Shown here piece by piece: positions 38,572-49,482 of a stretch of DNA of 64,000 nt; positions within the stretch are counted from its first letter, which is position 1, and every line of letters starts with the position of its first letter. This DNA comes from Marsupella aquatica (taxonomy: Eukaryota > Plantae > Marchantiophyta): NCBI GenBank assembly GCA_973895155.1, contig OZ316898.1, forward strand, positions 3,472,480 through 3,536,479, given 5' to 3'. Below the pieces are notes generated by a model. The model made no database searches and was not told where the DNA came from. It saw only the letters and a program-made list of their open reading frames with translations. Both the position numbers and the translations under genes were made by a program.

Positions 38572-40360
38572 CTTAAGTGTATACATGGGGCCCTTTCAAA
38601 TGTATAAACATGGGGCCCGGTTAAGTGTATACATCGGGCCCCGATGTGGACCCAGGAACTAGCAAGCACGACGGAAAAGAGACCGGGCGCGCGTCGGCAG
38701 CGAAATTGGCCACAAAGGAATCGGCCGAGTGTGTAAACACACTCTGGGCACGGCGCCCTATGCACAGGCAGCCTGCGGAGGCCCTATGCAAGTCGTTGCG
38801 AGGCGGAAGGAAAGACGACTGCCGAAAAGAAAAGAGAGACCCAAAAATAAAAGGCGTATTACGAGGCGAAAAGGAGGCAAGGCAAAAGAAACCGGGCCAA
38901 ACCAGGCCCCCTTAATGGCATGAGCCCTCCCATAGGGCTTCGTGCCCCACCTTAAGAGCTTCCAAAGGGAAGCTACGAGCTCCCCCTCCCCTCCTTAATG
39001 AAATTGGGCCTCGTGCCCTGGTGACAGTATTCCCCAGAGAAGGGAGCCCAGTTTGAAGTGATGGGCAACTTGCCGAGTTGCCCGGCACGTAAACTCGGCA
39101 TTTGCCAGACCAAAATGCCTCTATTTGACGCATATTCAATCTTATTCCCCGGCCCGGCCCAAACTCTTCCCGGCCTTGTCCCGGACGCTACCACCCTTCC
39201 CGGCAACCAGCCCGGCCCGGCCCGGCCCGGCCGGCCCCTCCACGGACCCGGCAACCAGCAGCTGGGGGCGGGAAGGGGCAGGCCGGATCCGGGTCCGGGT
39301 GGGAGGAGGGGAGGGGAGAGCAGGGTCCGGGTGGGGGGAGGGGAGGGGAGGAGGGGAGGGCCGGGTCCAGGTGGGGGGAGGGGAGGGGGGGGGAGGGTGA
39401 GGAGGCCTGGGTCCGGGGAGGGGAGGGGAGGGGAGGGGAGGGCCGGGCCGGGTCCAGGTGAGGGGAGGGTGAGGAGGGCCGGGTGAGGAGGGGAGGCCGG
39501 GACCGGGAGCCGGGGGATGTCCAAGCCGGGACCGCAGGCCGGGAGATGTGGGAGCAGGGACCGCCGGGGGCCGGGGGATGTGCTCGGGCCAGGACCGGGG
39601 ACCGGGGCCGGGACGGAGGAAACAAAAGGGAAACAAGACCGGGTGATGGGGCCGGGAGGTCATGGCCGGGCCAGGCCGGGACCGGGGGAGCGAGACCGGG
39701 AGAGGCCGGGTGTCGACTTGCCGGTTGACGGCCTCGGAAGGGTCTATTTGCCGGGCAAGTCCAAACCGGGGAAGGGAGTCGATGTACTCTCCCCCCTTTC
39801 TTTAATGCTGACAGTGGGCTCCGTGCCCTGCAGGGGGACTCCCGAAGAAGGGAGTCGTATGTGAACTCCTCCTCCCCCTCCTTTTAATGCAACATAGGGC
39901 CTCGTGCCCACTCCTTGCGCTCCTGCCTTGGCCTGGGGCAATAATCTACTCCCGAGTGAGGGAGTTCGAATTGTACTCCCCTTCCCTGCTTTAATTGTTG
40001 CTTAGGGCCTCGTGCCCTCTCCTGCACTCCTGCCTTGGTTCCCCCTCCTCCCTGCTTTAATTACTCCATAGGGCTTCGTGCCCTCCATCCCCTCTTGCTT
40101 GCAGGACAAAAAGTAAGGGAGTCGCTCCCCCTCCCTTGGCTGCTTTAATTGCTGGCACAAATCAAGTTGCAGCTGAAGCGAGGCAGGAGCAATAGAAGTG
40201 AGGCGAGAAAAACAGGCTCGTGGCCCTATGCAGTCGGGAAGTAGTCGCGCGCGGTGGCCGAGGCAGTCCGGTGAGGGTCATGCGGCAGCCGTGGCCGGAA
40301 ATGGCCATAAAAATTAACAAAAAAGGGGCCCGACGGGAGTGTTATGTGTATACACTTAAG
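38572..40360. other. GC/CpG-rich segment in the retroelement 5' leader, bounded by a 14-bp inverted repeat containing TTAA, with a G-run (G-quadruplex-prone) core at ~39260-39500
   Basis: CTTAAGTGTATACA at 38572-38585 and TGTATACACTTAAG at 40347-40360; dense CCGG/GGCC motifs and GGGGAGGGGAGG runs. Confidence 0.55.
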
Positions 40361-43300
40361 TATACACATAACACCACACTAAACCCATAGTTTTGAAGCC
40401 TTGTTCCAATGTCTATCGAGGAAATTGCAACGGCTTAACCAAAAATCATCAAAATTGCCACGAGCAATCTTCTTCCCTGCACCGCTAACTCGACAGTTCT
40501 TGAATAAAAGGCATAAGAGAAACAAGCATACTGAAATCAAATCGAAACCGGCAAGATGCCAAGATCGGCCGGGAGCATCTAACGAATCACTGTGTGAATC
40601 CTGTGTACGGAACCGACGAGCACTGTCTGAGCTCTGTCAACAGCGATTCAAGAAGAACTAAAAACTAACAAAGAAAGACATGCCCTAAGTAAACAAAGTC
40701 CTGGCGTCTCACTAACAAGCGTGTTTGCTTCAAGAACGCCTGGAATTTTCTATAAGAACATGTCGCTAACTCAAGTAGTACACTAGCCCTAACTACATAC
40801 CTAGCGGGCATGCGAGGGACATGCCGATGTGCACAAGAGACACTGTCCCTCGGCATGACATTGATGAGAGAAAAAGATGTTGAGGCGAATTGAAGAAAAA
40901 GTTGTCAATGAGAGAAAAAGATGTTGAGGTGAGGAAAATAAGACAAAGTGAAAAAAAAATGTTGAGGAGAGAAAGGATGGCAAGATGAGAACTTGGGGAT
41001 ATTACTTCCACAAAATGGCACATCACATGCAATGAAAGATAAGGTCATTTTATTGGTTCTAAGGGAAAATTTAATAATTTTTGCATGAAAGCAATAGGGT
41101 CTTTTAAATTAAATTTTGAGACTTATAAGAACATTAGGGTCATTTTAATCAATTTTTTTGAATATTCTAACTTTTTAGGAGCTAAAAATAATTTTCTTTC
41201 TTACATTTTAGGGGGTCTAAGGCCTAAAAATGTCATAGGTGATGGGGAGGTCTCCATATAGTGAGACCCCCAAGGGTGAGGAAAACAAGTCGAGGAGAGA
41301 AAAGATGTCATGGTGAGGTAAAGAACACAAAAAATGCACATGCATTGCATAGAGGATGTTGAGATGAAGAAAAGATGTTGAAAGGAGAAAAAAATGTGAA
41401 GGTGAGGCAAAGTTGTTGAGCAAACACAAAAATGCAGACAAACTCATTCCCTATGCGCCGCAAAAAAGATGTTGCATAAAAATGTCATTGTTTGATGGTG
41501 TTTGTTATTGTCACAAAAATGCTGGCGTCTTGGTCATTATTATGAACATGTTATTGTTGAGGAGGATGAAGGTGAAAACATGGAGATGCAAAGGTGGGTG
41601 ACAGTGGCCATTACATCATGGAGTTGTAGCATGATCACCCAAAAAAATGATACAATTTTTATTAAAATGAAAATTATTAATATGTTAAATACATGAATAT
41701 ATACACACTTATTTTTTTTTAAATGTGGGGCAGGAAAATACAAAATTATCTCACTTTATCCCCTCCATGTTTTTCCCTACCCTTTTCATTCTCCTCTTCC
41801 TCAGTTTTTGTTCATTTTTTCCTTTATTTGGTCCTCCCCCTTTTATCCTCCATGCCAATTTCTAGCTACCTTCTCCCTCATCTTTGGATAGTGTTTTGTC
41901 TATATCTTTATGAGAGTATAATGATTACCCTTGTAGAGTTGTAATTCCCATGGGAGAGTAAGGAGGACTTTACAAGACGTTGGGGGCACTTGGGAGTTTT
42001 TTTTCACCAAAGCAAACTGGAGGGCCATTGCACACTTGGGAGTTTTTTTCACCAAAGCAAACTGGAGGGCCATTGCACACCCTAACTATAGTGTCAAGGG
42101 GCTAAAAGTATTTTTTGAATCCTTTTATTGCCCCCAAGGTCTTCTAAAGCCAAGTGAAGCCAATGGTGCCAGATTAATTGACTAAAAGACAGATTGAGGA
42201 CCCACTCCACCTGAATGTCACGTAATCTTTGGTTAAAGTCTTTGTAAATGTGAGAAAAGAAGATCTTATGAGGGACTTGTGGGTCCCTTTTTAATGCAAA
42301 TGACTTAAAATAGAATGGACCAGGAGGCCAAAAGAAGAGACCACCAAGAGAGGTAGTCTAAAATCTAGGACAAAAGAGTGCTCCACATAAGCAAAAATTG
42401 GGCCCCACTACATTCCATGTAGGGTTGGTAACAGGTTCGGTTGAAAGTGCCCCAAACGTTTTGTAAAGAAAACAGCAGCAGCTTCTCCCATATGGATGGC
42501 TCTGATCAGATCTTGGAGAAAAAAAATGGGGAAACTGCCCCCAACGTCCCTAAGAACATTCTAGACTTCTAGTGCAATTGTTCTTGTTCTCATGTAGTCT
42601 ATTGCAATGTCATTATGTGTTTATGTGTACCTTGGCCAAGGAACCATAGAGAGTGGAACTATTTCATACATCCCTTCCTATTATTAATTAATAATCAACG
42701 GTTTCACAAAATCCCCCAAATGATCTATCGGCTTTCGTCATTCAATCCTGCCCAAAATACATTTTGTAACTGAAAGAAGGACAAAAATGAGTGGGATTCA
42801 ATATTATAGATATAGATTAGAAACATATGTGAATGCGACAACATATGTGAAGGCAAGGCAACAATATGTAAATTTTGTGATGTGGTTGGTGAGATATGTT
42901 ATGTGTGATCCCGGCCATACAATTGTTGTGATCATGTTCAGTAATTTGTGCGTTGCACATAGAAATTGGAGATACGAGATAGCGGCCATTGCATCATAGA
43001 GTCCAAGCTAGCACAATCAAGTGACTCGGAAAACATGCTATTTTAAGTTTTACATTTTTAAAGAAATAAGTATTTTCTACATTCTATTTATATTCAAAAG
43101 TCTCTCAAATTAATTATTCAAGCTTTGTAAATATAAATATAAATATAAATATAAATAAATTAAATTAAATTTAAAAAAATTAATCTCGGGCAGGTGTGGG
43201 CAGGCTAAAGGGAAACTTGAGCAGGCATCTGTTTATGTGGGGTGTATGGATAGATCTGTCAGTGTAAAAAAAACAATGTTCTGATGAAGGTTCAATATTG

Positions 43301-44988
43301 GTTCCCACTTTTTATCAGTTTACAAACGCGCAATCCCCACTTGTTTGGGGGGATAGGATATTATTTATTAGTGGCAGTGACAAAAAGCCTTTGTTGTGGA
43401 CTAGGTAAATAAATATTTTGAGTTGAACCAAATGAATGATTCTTTTGTGTTTTGTTGCCAATTGCAATGGTGCTACCACTGTCAACAACATTGTCTGGAA
43501 AATTAGATGGAATGGTCATGAAGGGCAAGGATGCTATCACACAACAAGGGAGAATTGGGTAGCAAGGGACAAAATTGGGCAGCTAGCAAAAAGGGATAAG
43601 GGAAAGAGACTAGGCAAAATGGGGGCAACACAAAAATTTGGACATCAAGTAAATTTGACATTAAAAAGACAACGAACATATGTCAGAAATGACATCTCTA
43701 AGGCACCTCATTACCAGGTGTGAAAATAACCTGGGTTGGGAGAGAAACAAACCAAAGCTTTTCAGTTAATTGCCATTTTTAGTAACTTTTGAAACAAAGT
43801 CAAAAAGTCAATTTTATTATGGGTCATTCGGAAAAGTAGACTTTGCACTAATACATCACTGCACCATCTGTGCTAGTTAATATTTTATATTGCACACTAG
43901 GACTAGTAATCAACTTGTTAATACCTAATGGGCACTTTGGGTGCATGTTACATTTGACATACATTTTCACTGCTCGGTCTCACAAATTAAATAAGAAAAT
44001 TCTTAGAAGCACTCTCAATACACTCATAATTTTGTAAATTAGGGCTTTATCCCTGGTTGAGGCTTGTAGAAAATTGAGGCTTCACACCAAGTGACTAATT
44101 GATCCTATCATGTCATCCTCGTGGTCAATAGCTACAGGCCCGTGAACAAAGCACACCTTTCACCTACCATCATTTGTAGGATAGTTGAATTGACGTCCCT
44201 TCCTTGTGATCAAGAAGTCAAAACAACAATCTAGAATATTCCTAGCCACAAATTTCACTCAGGCCATCATATCATCCAGAAAACATAATTTGTTCAAAGG
44301 GTTCATACGAAGCTCAAATCTTTGTCTTATTTTGAATCTCAGAAAATTGGTCATTAAAGAGACTCTCTGATTAAGACATGATAGGTTCCATTAATGTGAC
44401 CAGGGGCCTCATATTGGTGAGTTTACCTACAAAATGAATCATCAAAACTATGACCTATGTTCATTCTTAAACAATTGTGGCAAATTGCCTTCCATTTAAA
44501 CATGATAAACAAGCGACCTTTGTCGAATCTTCAATTGAGCTAACGAGTTGTGTCTCTTCAACCAACCAATGATAAAATGAATAAAACTCATTTGTGTGAC
44601 CAACATCCATTTTTTGGAATAGTCAACCCTTGCTGCTCTTGGGAATAGTATGTGGTAGATTGTGCTAGGCACCGGGCTAGGCATTTACTCTTGGGTCTAA
44701 AGATACTATAGTATTGTAGTCTAACCATACTCAAGTACTTAATTAAGGTTAGAGACTAGGTTAGAGATACTACTACTATATTCACTAGCATGACTTAGCT
44801 TGTGTGTGAACTTAAAGCCTCATTGCTATGGAGCCATCAAGAGATAGGGAGAGCTTAGTCTATTGACAATTGGTATGAATGATGAGCCTACTAGAGCAAA
44901 ACTTTCTTGTGTGTTCCTGTGGTTGCACACTATAGATTACATTGGACACATTTTATTTTATTAGAATTCAAAGCTCAGGACCTTCCTT

Positions 44989-45738
44989 TGTGGTGTGTTT
45001 TCCAACCCTCTAACCACCAAAACTACCGTCAACGTGCCGTCTAATACTGATTTTTGGCTTGCTAATAGCCGCTAACCTTTTGCTTTTCCTCAGCAAGCCA
45101 AAAATCAGTATTTCTATATATTGTTGGCTTGCTGAGGAAAACTTATGTGTTAAGTCTCTTTAGCCACCCATGTTGGAGCAATTCTTTCATTGGACTTGTG
45201 AGCAACTGTTGTGCCAACACTTTACTTTCCTCTTTGACTTAATCAAGTATTCCGCCCCGGGAATATACCCATTGGCTTAACTTCTCAAGCCCGCTAAGGG
45301 TATTCCTCATACTACACAACTCACCCTTCACCAAAAAGCACTCTCAATATCTCACGTTTGGTGGGGCAAATTAGACTCAAGGCGATGTGACGAGTCATAC
45401 TTTGCTCACTAGTTCTACTCATACTAGTGCAGGAAATAACTCACATTAATTCTTGGTCCAGGAAATACTTGCAAGGACTTGCCAATTAACTAAACCAACA
45501 CAGGCAGCTAACTCAACTCAAGTGATTACTCATAAATTCAAGACACTGCTGTTTACTAATACCAAACATTCAAGATTTAGCCAAGAGTTTTCCTAACTCA
45601 AGTGATTCAGATCATTGATGCACAAAAGGCTCAACTAATAAAAAGACCCAACATCCACACTACAAAGGTTTTTATCCTTGCATCAATTCAGCTGGGGGTT
45701 CAGTCCCAATGATCCGAGAACATCCAAACTACCTAACA
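44989..45738. repeat. LTR-like dispersed repeat, copy 1
   Basis: Starts TGTGGTGTGTTTT and is co-linear with 48771-49482 (ctctaaccac..aaactacc, actttgctcactagttc, ttagccaagag, atgatccg). No TSD found. Confidence 0.6.
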
Positions 45739-46151
45739 TGCATCAAAAGGCTCAACTTGGAACAATGAGGCCTCATTCTCCAAGATATGTTACCCCTTCC
45801 TTGGCACAACAAGTTTAGTGTCTAGCTAGTTGAATGATTGATTAAGTTGAAAATTAAAAGAATTGTGGTGGGACTATGAATCGTGAAGAAACTTATATCA
45901 AGATCGGTAAAGTAAATGCAAAAGAGTAGGTTAGGGACAACTATCTCCCCAGCCTGGATTCATGAGAACTCACCTGTTCTTTTGCTATTCAAGCTAAATG
46001 ATGCATTACTTTACATTTTGAAAGAAATCTTCATCCTAAAGGTCGTATCTATAATTATATGACATTATCGGACGGAAGCTTCTTATGATGCTAATGATTT
46101 GATTACCATTTTTGCATGTTTACAATATTTATATATATATATATATACTAT

Positions 46152-46356
46152 TGTTGTTACCCAAAGGTTAGGTGAACATCCAACCTATTGAGGGGATTGA
46201 GGCGAGGATTGAGGTAGTTGTACTATAACTACCACTACATGTATACCTAGAGAGGTATTAGTAAACCCTCTATGAATGGATGAACTTTAGTTGTTGGTGG
46301 ACATAACAATTTTCTCTCCTAAGAATTCTCTCCACCTCTCAACACGTTATCAGCAC
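46152..46356 (+). mobile_element. Copia-type LTR (46152-46344, TGTTG...CAACA) followed by a half-tRNA-Ile PBS; truncated relic
   Basis: CGTTATCAGCAC immediately after CAACA is complementary to the tRNA-Ile(IAU) anticodon arm; next to a (TA)n tract. Confidence 0.6.
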
Positions 46357-47207
46357 ATACCTCTCCCACGAGCAACTTTCTTTGAGAAAAAGGCCACATT
46401 CACATTAAATGTTCATAGATTTGACACATTTATTTCTCAATGGGGTAGGAGGAGAATACGTTGAGAGATAGATTTCTCGTTCTTTTTATTGTTGTGTTGC
46501 CCATTCTACCGCCCATTGCCCATTCTATTGCCCATTCTGCCCACCATTGTTGTGTTGCCCATTGTTGCAAGGCTATGGACAATTGGGAGATTTTCTTCTA
46601 GGAAATGCAAACGAGGGCCAGCCGAAGAATGCGAGGAAGAATGAATTTTGGAACTTGAATTTGGCTCAATGAGGAGTTAGGAAATAAGGAATAATTGATT
46701 AGATGTGCCTAAAGAGACAATATGAGGAGAAAGAACGTTGATGATTGACAATTCTTCCCCCCAACCAAATCCTTTGATACCCTTCGCTTGACTGTGATGG
46801 ATGCACAGAGCAATGCTATGCAAACTTGGAACTATCAGCCAAATCTTCAAGGTGAGATTGGTATTGACAATATGTGGACCACACAATTCAAATTGATCCC
46901 TCGGGAGACCCTAAACAGACCCGCACAACGCCAAGTATAAAATGGATAACAGTTATAACAGATTCAGTGGTTCACATATACGCTCTCCAAGCTACTTTCA
47001 CAATTTGAAACTCGCTCTCAAACATCAGGGCAATTGAAGCACTTACAACCTGAGATTGAAGCATATGGGCGTGAGTGCGATAGTAACAGCAAAGGTATTG
47101 GGGGAACAAAATTAGGGAGGAGTTCTTTTATTGTAAGTTGATTGAGAAGGGCTGCAGCACATGTGACTCGCTACTACCTCTCAAAAGCAGAATATACTTT
47201 GGTTAGT

Positions 47208-48400
47208 TGTCGTGCGCATACACATTGCTACACAACATACATCGTTTGTCACACATATCCAAACATATCCACAATGCAACATCACAAACACAAGAGCTAG
47301 AATGAAATACAAGTGGAACTCATGTCCACACATGTCCAAAACCCACAATAATCTTCACAACAATTGGCACAACAATCCCGGTCAACAATACCCCATCGAT
47401 CTTGCACCGATCCGATCACACACGTATGTCAAGCCAACGCACCTTGCACTACTCAAGGAATCCACGTTGCACAAGCGGAGCTCACAGCCACCATAGCCAC
47501 ACTTGAGCTCCTCTCTCTCCAAGGCTCAACATCGAAAGATGACCTTTCGATGCCTCACAAGGGAGAACTACTCTCCCACACAAACCTAATGGAACCCTAT
47601 TGGCTCCAATAGCACACATACAAAACATACATACTCAACTAGCACTATATACTACAACAACATCTAGAATGGTGTGACAGCTATCGTGCGCATACACATC
47701 GCTACACAACATACATCGCTTGTCACACATATCCAAACATATCCACAATGCAACATCACAAACAAAAGAGAATGGAATACAAGTGGAACTCATGTCCACA
47801 CATGTCCAAAACCCACAATTGCTCCCCTAGTTGGGAGTAAGGTCCCCTAACTTTAGCTAGCCATGAGTTCTACAAGGCTGGTATACACCTTTTTAATAAG
47901 TGTGAAGATCAGGAGGCCGGGTGCAAGTGAGCCCCATCGATCACCTTCTTGCAATCCATATATGCCAAAAGAACACAAATGATAACTAGTCGGCTTCATC
48001 GACACTAAGGACACAACCATGATCCACTAGGAATCACCTGCAATGCCCGCCGCAATGGTGGTGTCAAACATGACATGTGTCATCCTCTAGAACATTTATC
48101 ACAAATCAACATACTAGTAGTTGCTCCCTGAGCAGATCCACACAACATACATTTCAAGCCAGCACGAACATGTGCCAAGCTTGGATCTACTATACCATCA
48201 ATGTTGGGAAGGTGACATGGTGCACAGTTGCGCACATGATCCTTCCAAACCATACCATCGCGTCCCTCCAACATTAGGACACCAGAAGGCAACACTTCAC
48301 GCACACTTAAGATTGTCCAGCTTGCGGTCACATTAAGTGTCGTGGGTGCTGTCTGCTGCAAATAAACATAATCACCAGGATGAAATTCAAATGCTTGCAC
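47208..48400 (-). mobile_element. 3' relic of a related PHD-bearing Gypsy element with a B-A-B terminal repeat structure
   Basis: ORF 48080-48478 aligns with the integrase tail and PHD of the 30.6-kb element (GDYVYLQ..LPSGVLMLEGRDG..NCAPCHLPN..CMLC..ICDKC). Direct repeats at 47208-47349 and 47682-47819; purine-rich tract at ~47820-47830. Confidence 0.8.
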
Positions 48401-48770
48401 GGAAGCTTTTAATTTGAAGATGCCAAACTCAAGTAGTGGACATTCATGCAACACTAATTGCATAAACATATTGCCCATCTAATATTTTGACCTAATACCA
48501 AGACACAAACTGGTATTAGTAAATAGTATCCTACATCTATGAGTGAGGATACACAATGATAACTTACTAGTAAGCAATGCTTCCAATGAGACGAGTTGAG
48601 AAGAATATCTAAAAAAACTAAAAACAACTAAGAAACAAAATTATAAATTGAAACAATTAGGCGTTTTCAAAACCAATGTATAAGTAGGCAATGAAAATAA
48701 TACAAAAGTGTATGAAAGGAGATGCATTGGTGTGGGCTCTAGTCTACATTACTGTTCTAGTTGGTGAACT

Positions 48771-49482
48771 TGTGGTGTGTTTTCAAAGCCTCTAACCACT
48801 GAAACTACCATCAACCCACCATCTACCACTGGTTATGGCTTAATGATAGCACTTTAGCTGTGATTCGGTCTGAAAATGCTGCTAATCCTCCCTAGGTCTC
48901 CATACTTGCTGGACGATTCTTCCATTGGACTTGTGACCATGTTATATAAAGCCCTACTTATTCTCCTTGATTTAATTGAGCATGTTTGTATTCCGCCCCT
49001 GGAATGTGTCCATGCAGCTTAATTGCTTAAGCCAGCCGAGGGTCTTTCTCAGACTTACACAACCCACACTTCACCAACAAAACTCTCTCAATGCCTCACA
49101 TAATTCTCTCTGCGTCTGGTGCGTCAATCTCCAATCAAGCCGATGCGATTCACACTTTGCTCACTAGTTCCCCTCCTACTGACTTGAAATTGATCAAGCA
49201 AAAAGCATCAACAACTTAGTGTTTCTTGGTCCATTGGCAAAGACTTGCAATCTAGGCCAAGAAACGCCAACTCAATTCAAGAGATTACACAAAGATACAA
49301 GATATATAACTAGTTGTTTATTGATACCCAGCGTTCCAGACTTAGCCAAGAGCTTCTCTAATCACAAGGTAATTGATACACTAAAGGTTTGACTAAAAAA
49401 AAGCCCCAACACCCGCGCCGACAAGGTTTGATCCTGCAGCGTTGATTCCTCATGATCCGCGGAAATCCTAACAACCCAATCA
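48771..49482. repeat. LTR-like dispersed repeat, copy 2
   Basis: Co-linear with 44989-45738; diverged. Confidence 0.6.

Larger units (their letters stand above)
30423..40860 (-). mobile_element. Ty3/Gypsy-type retroelement carrying a C5 DNA methyltransferase and a PHD finger; no LTRs found; 4-bp TSD TTGA
   Basis: Ends TGTCGTGAC (30423) and GCATGACA (40860). TTGA at 30419-30422 and 40861-40864; removing the element restores the host repeat aaagttgttgatgagagaaaaag. Gag, PR, RT, RH and INT are in Gypsy order. Confidence 0.9.
29956..42816 (-). mobile_element. Non-autonomous Helitron, interrupted by the Gypsy-type element at 30423-40860
   Basis: Minus-strand 3' end: GTGCAACGCAC hairpin, then CTAG|T at 29956 (a second internal 3'-end motif at ~30277). 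Candidate 5' end A|TCTATATCTATA at 42816. The gatgttgaggtga minisatellite body continues across the insertion and matches the copy at 62890-63950. Confidence 0.7.

Noticed and set aside
38973-39864. Several long Pro/Gly/Arg-rich ORFs on both strands
   Set aside because: Artefacts of low-complexity GC-rich DNA lacking stop codons; no domain or splice support.
38910-40085. Possible hammerhead ribozymes in the repeated hairpin modules
   Set aside because: No CUGAnGA...GAAA core found on either strand by eye.
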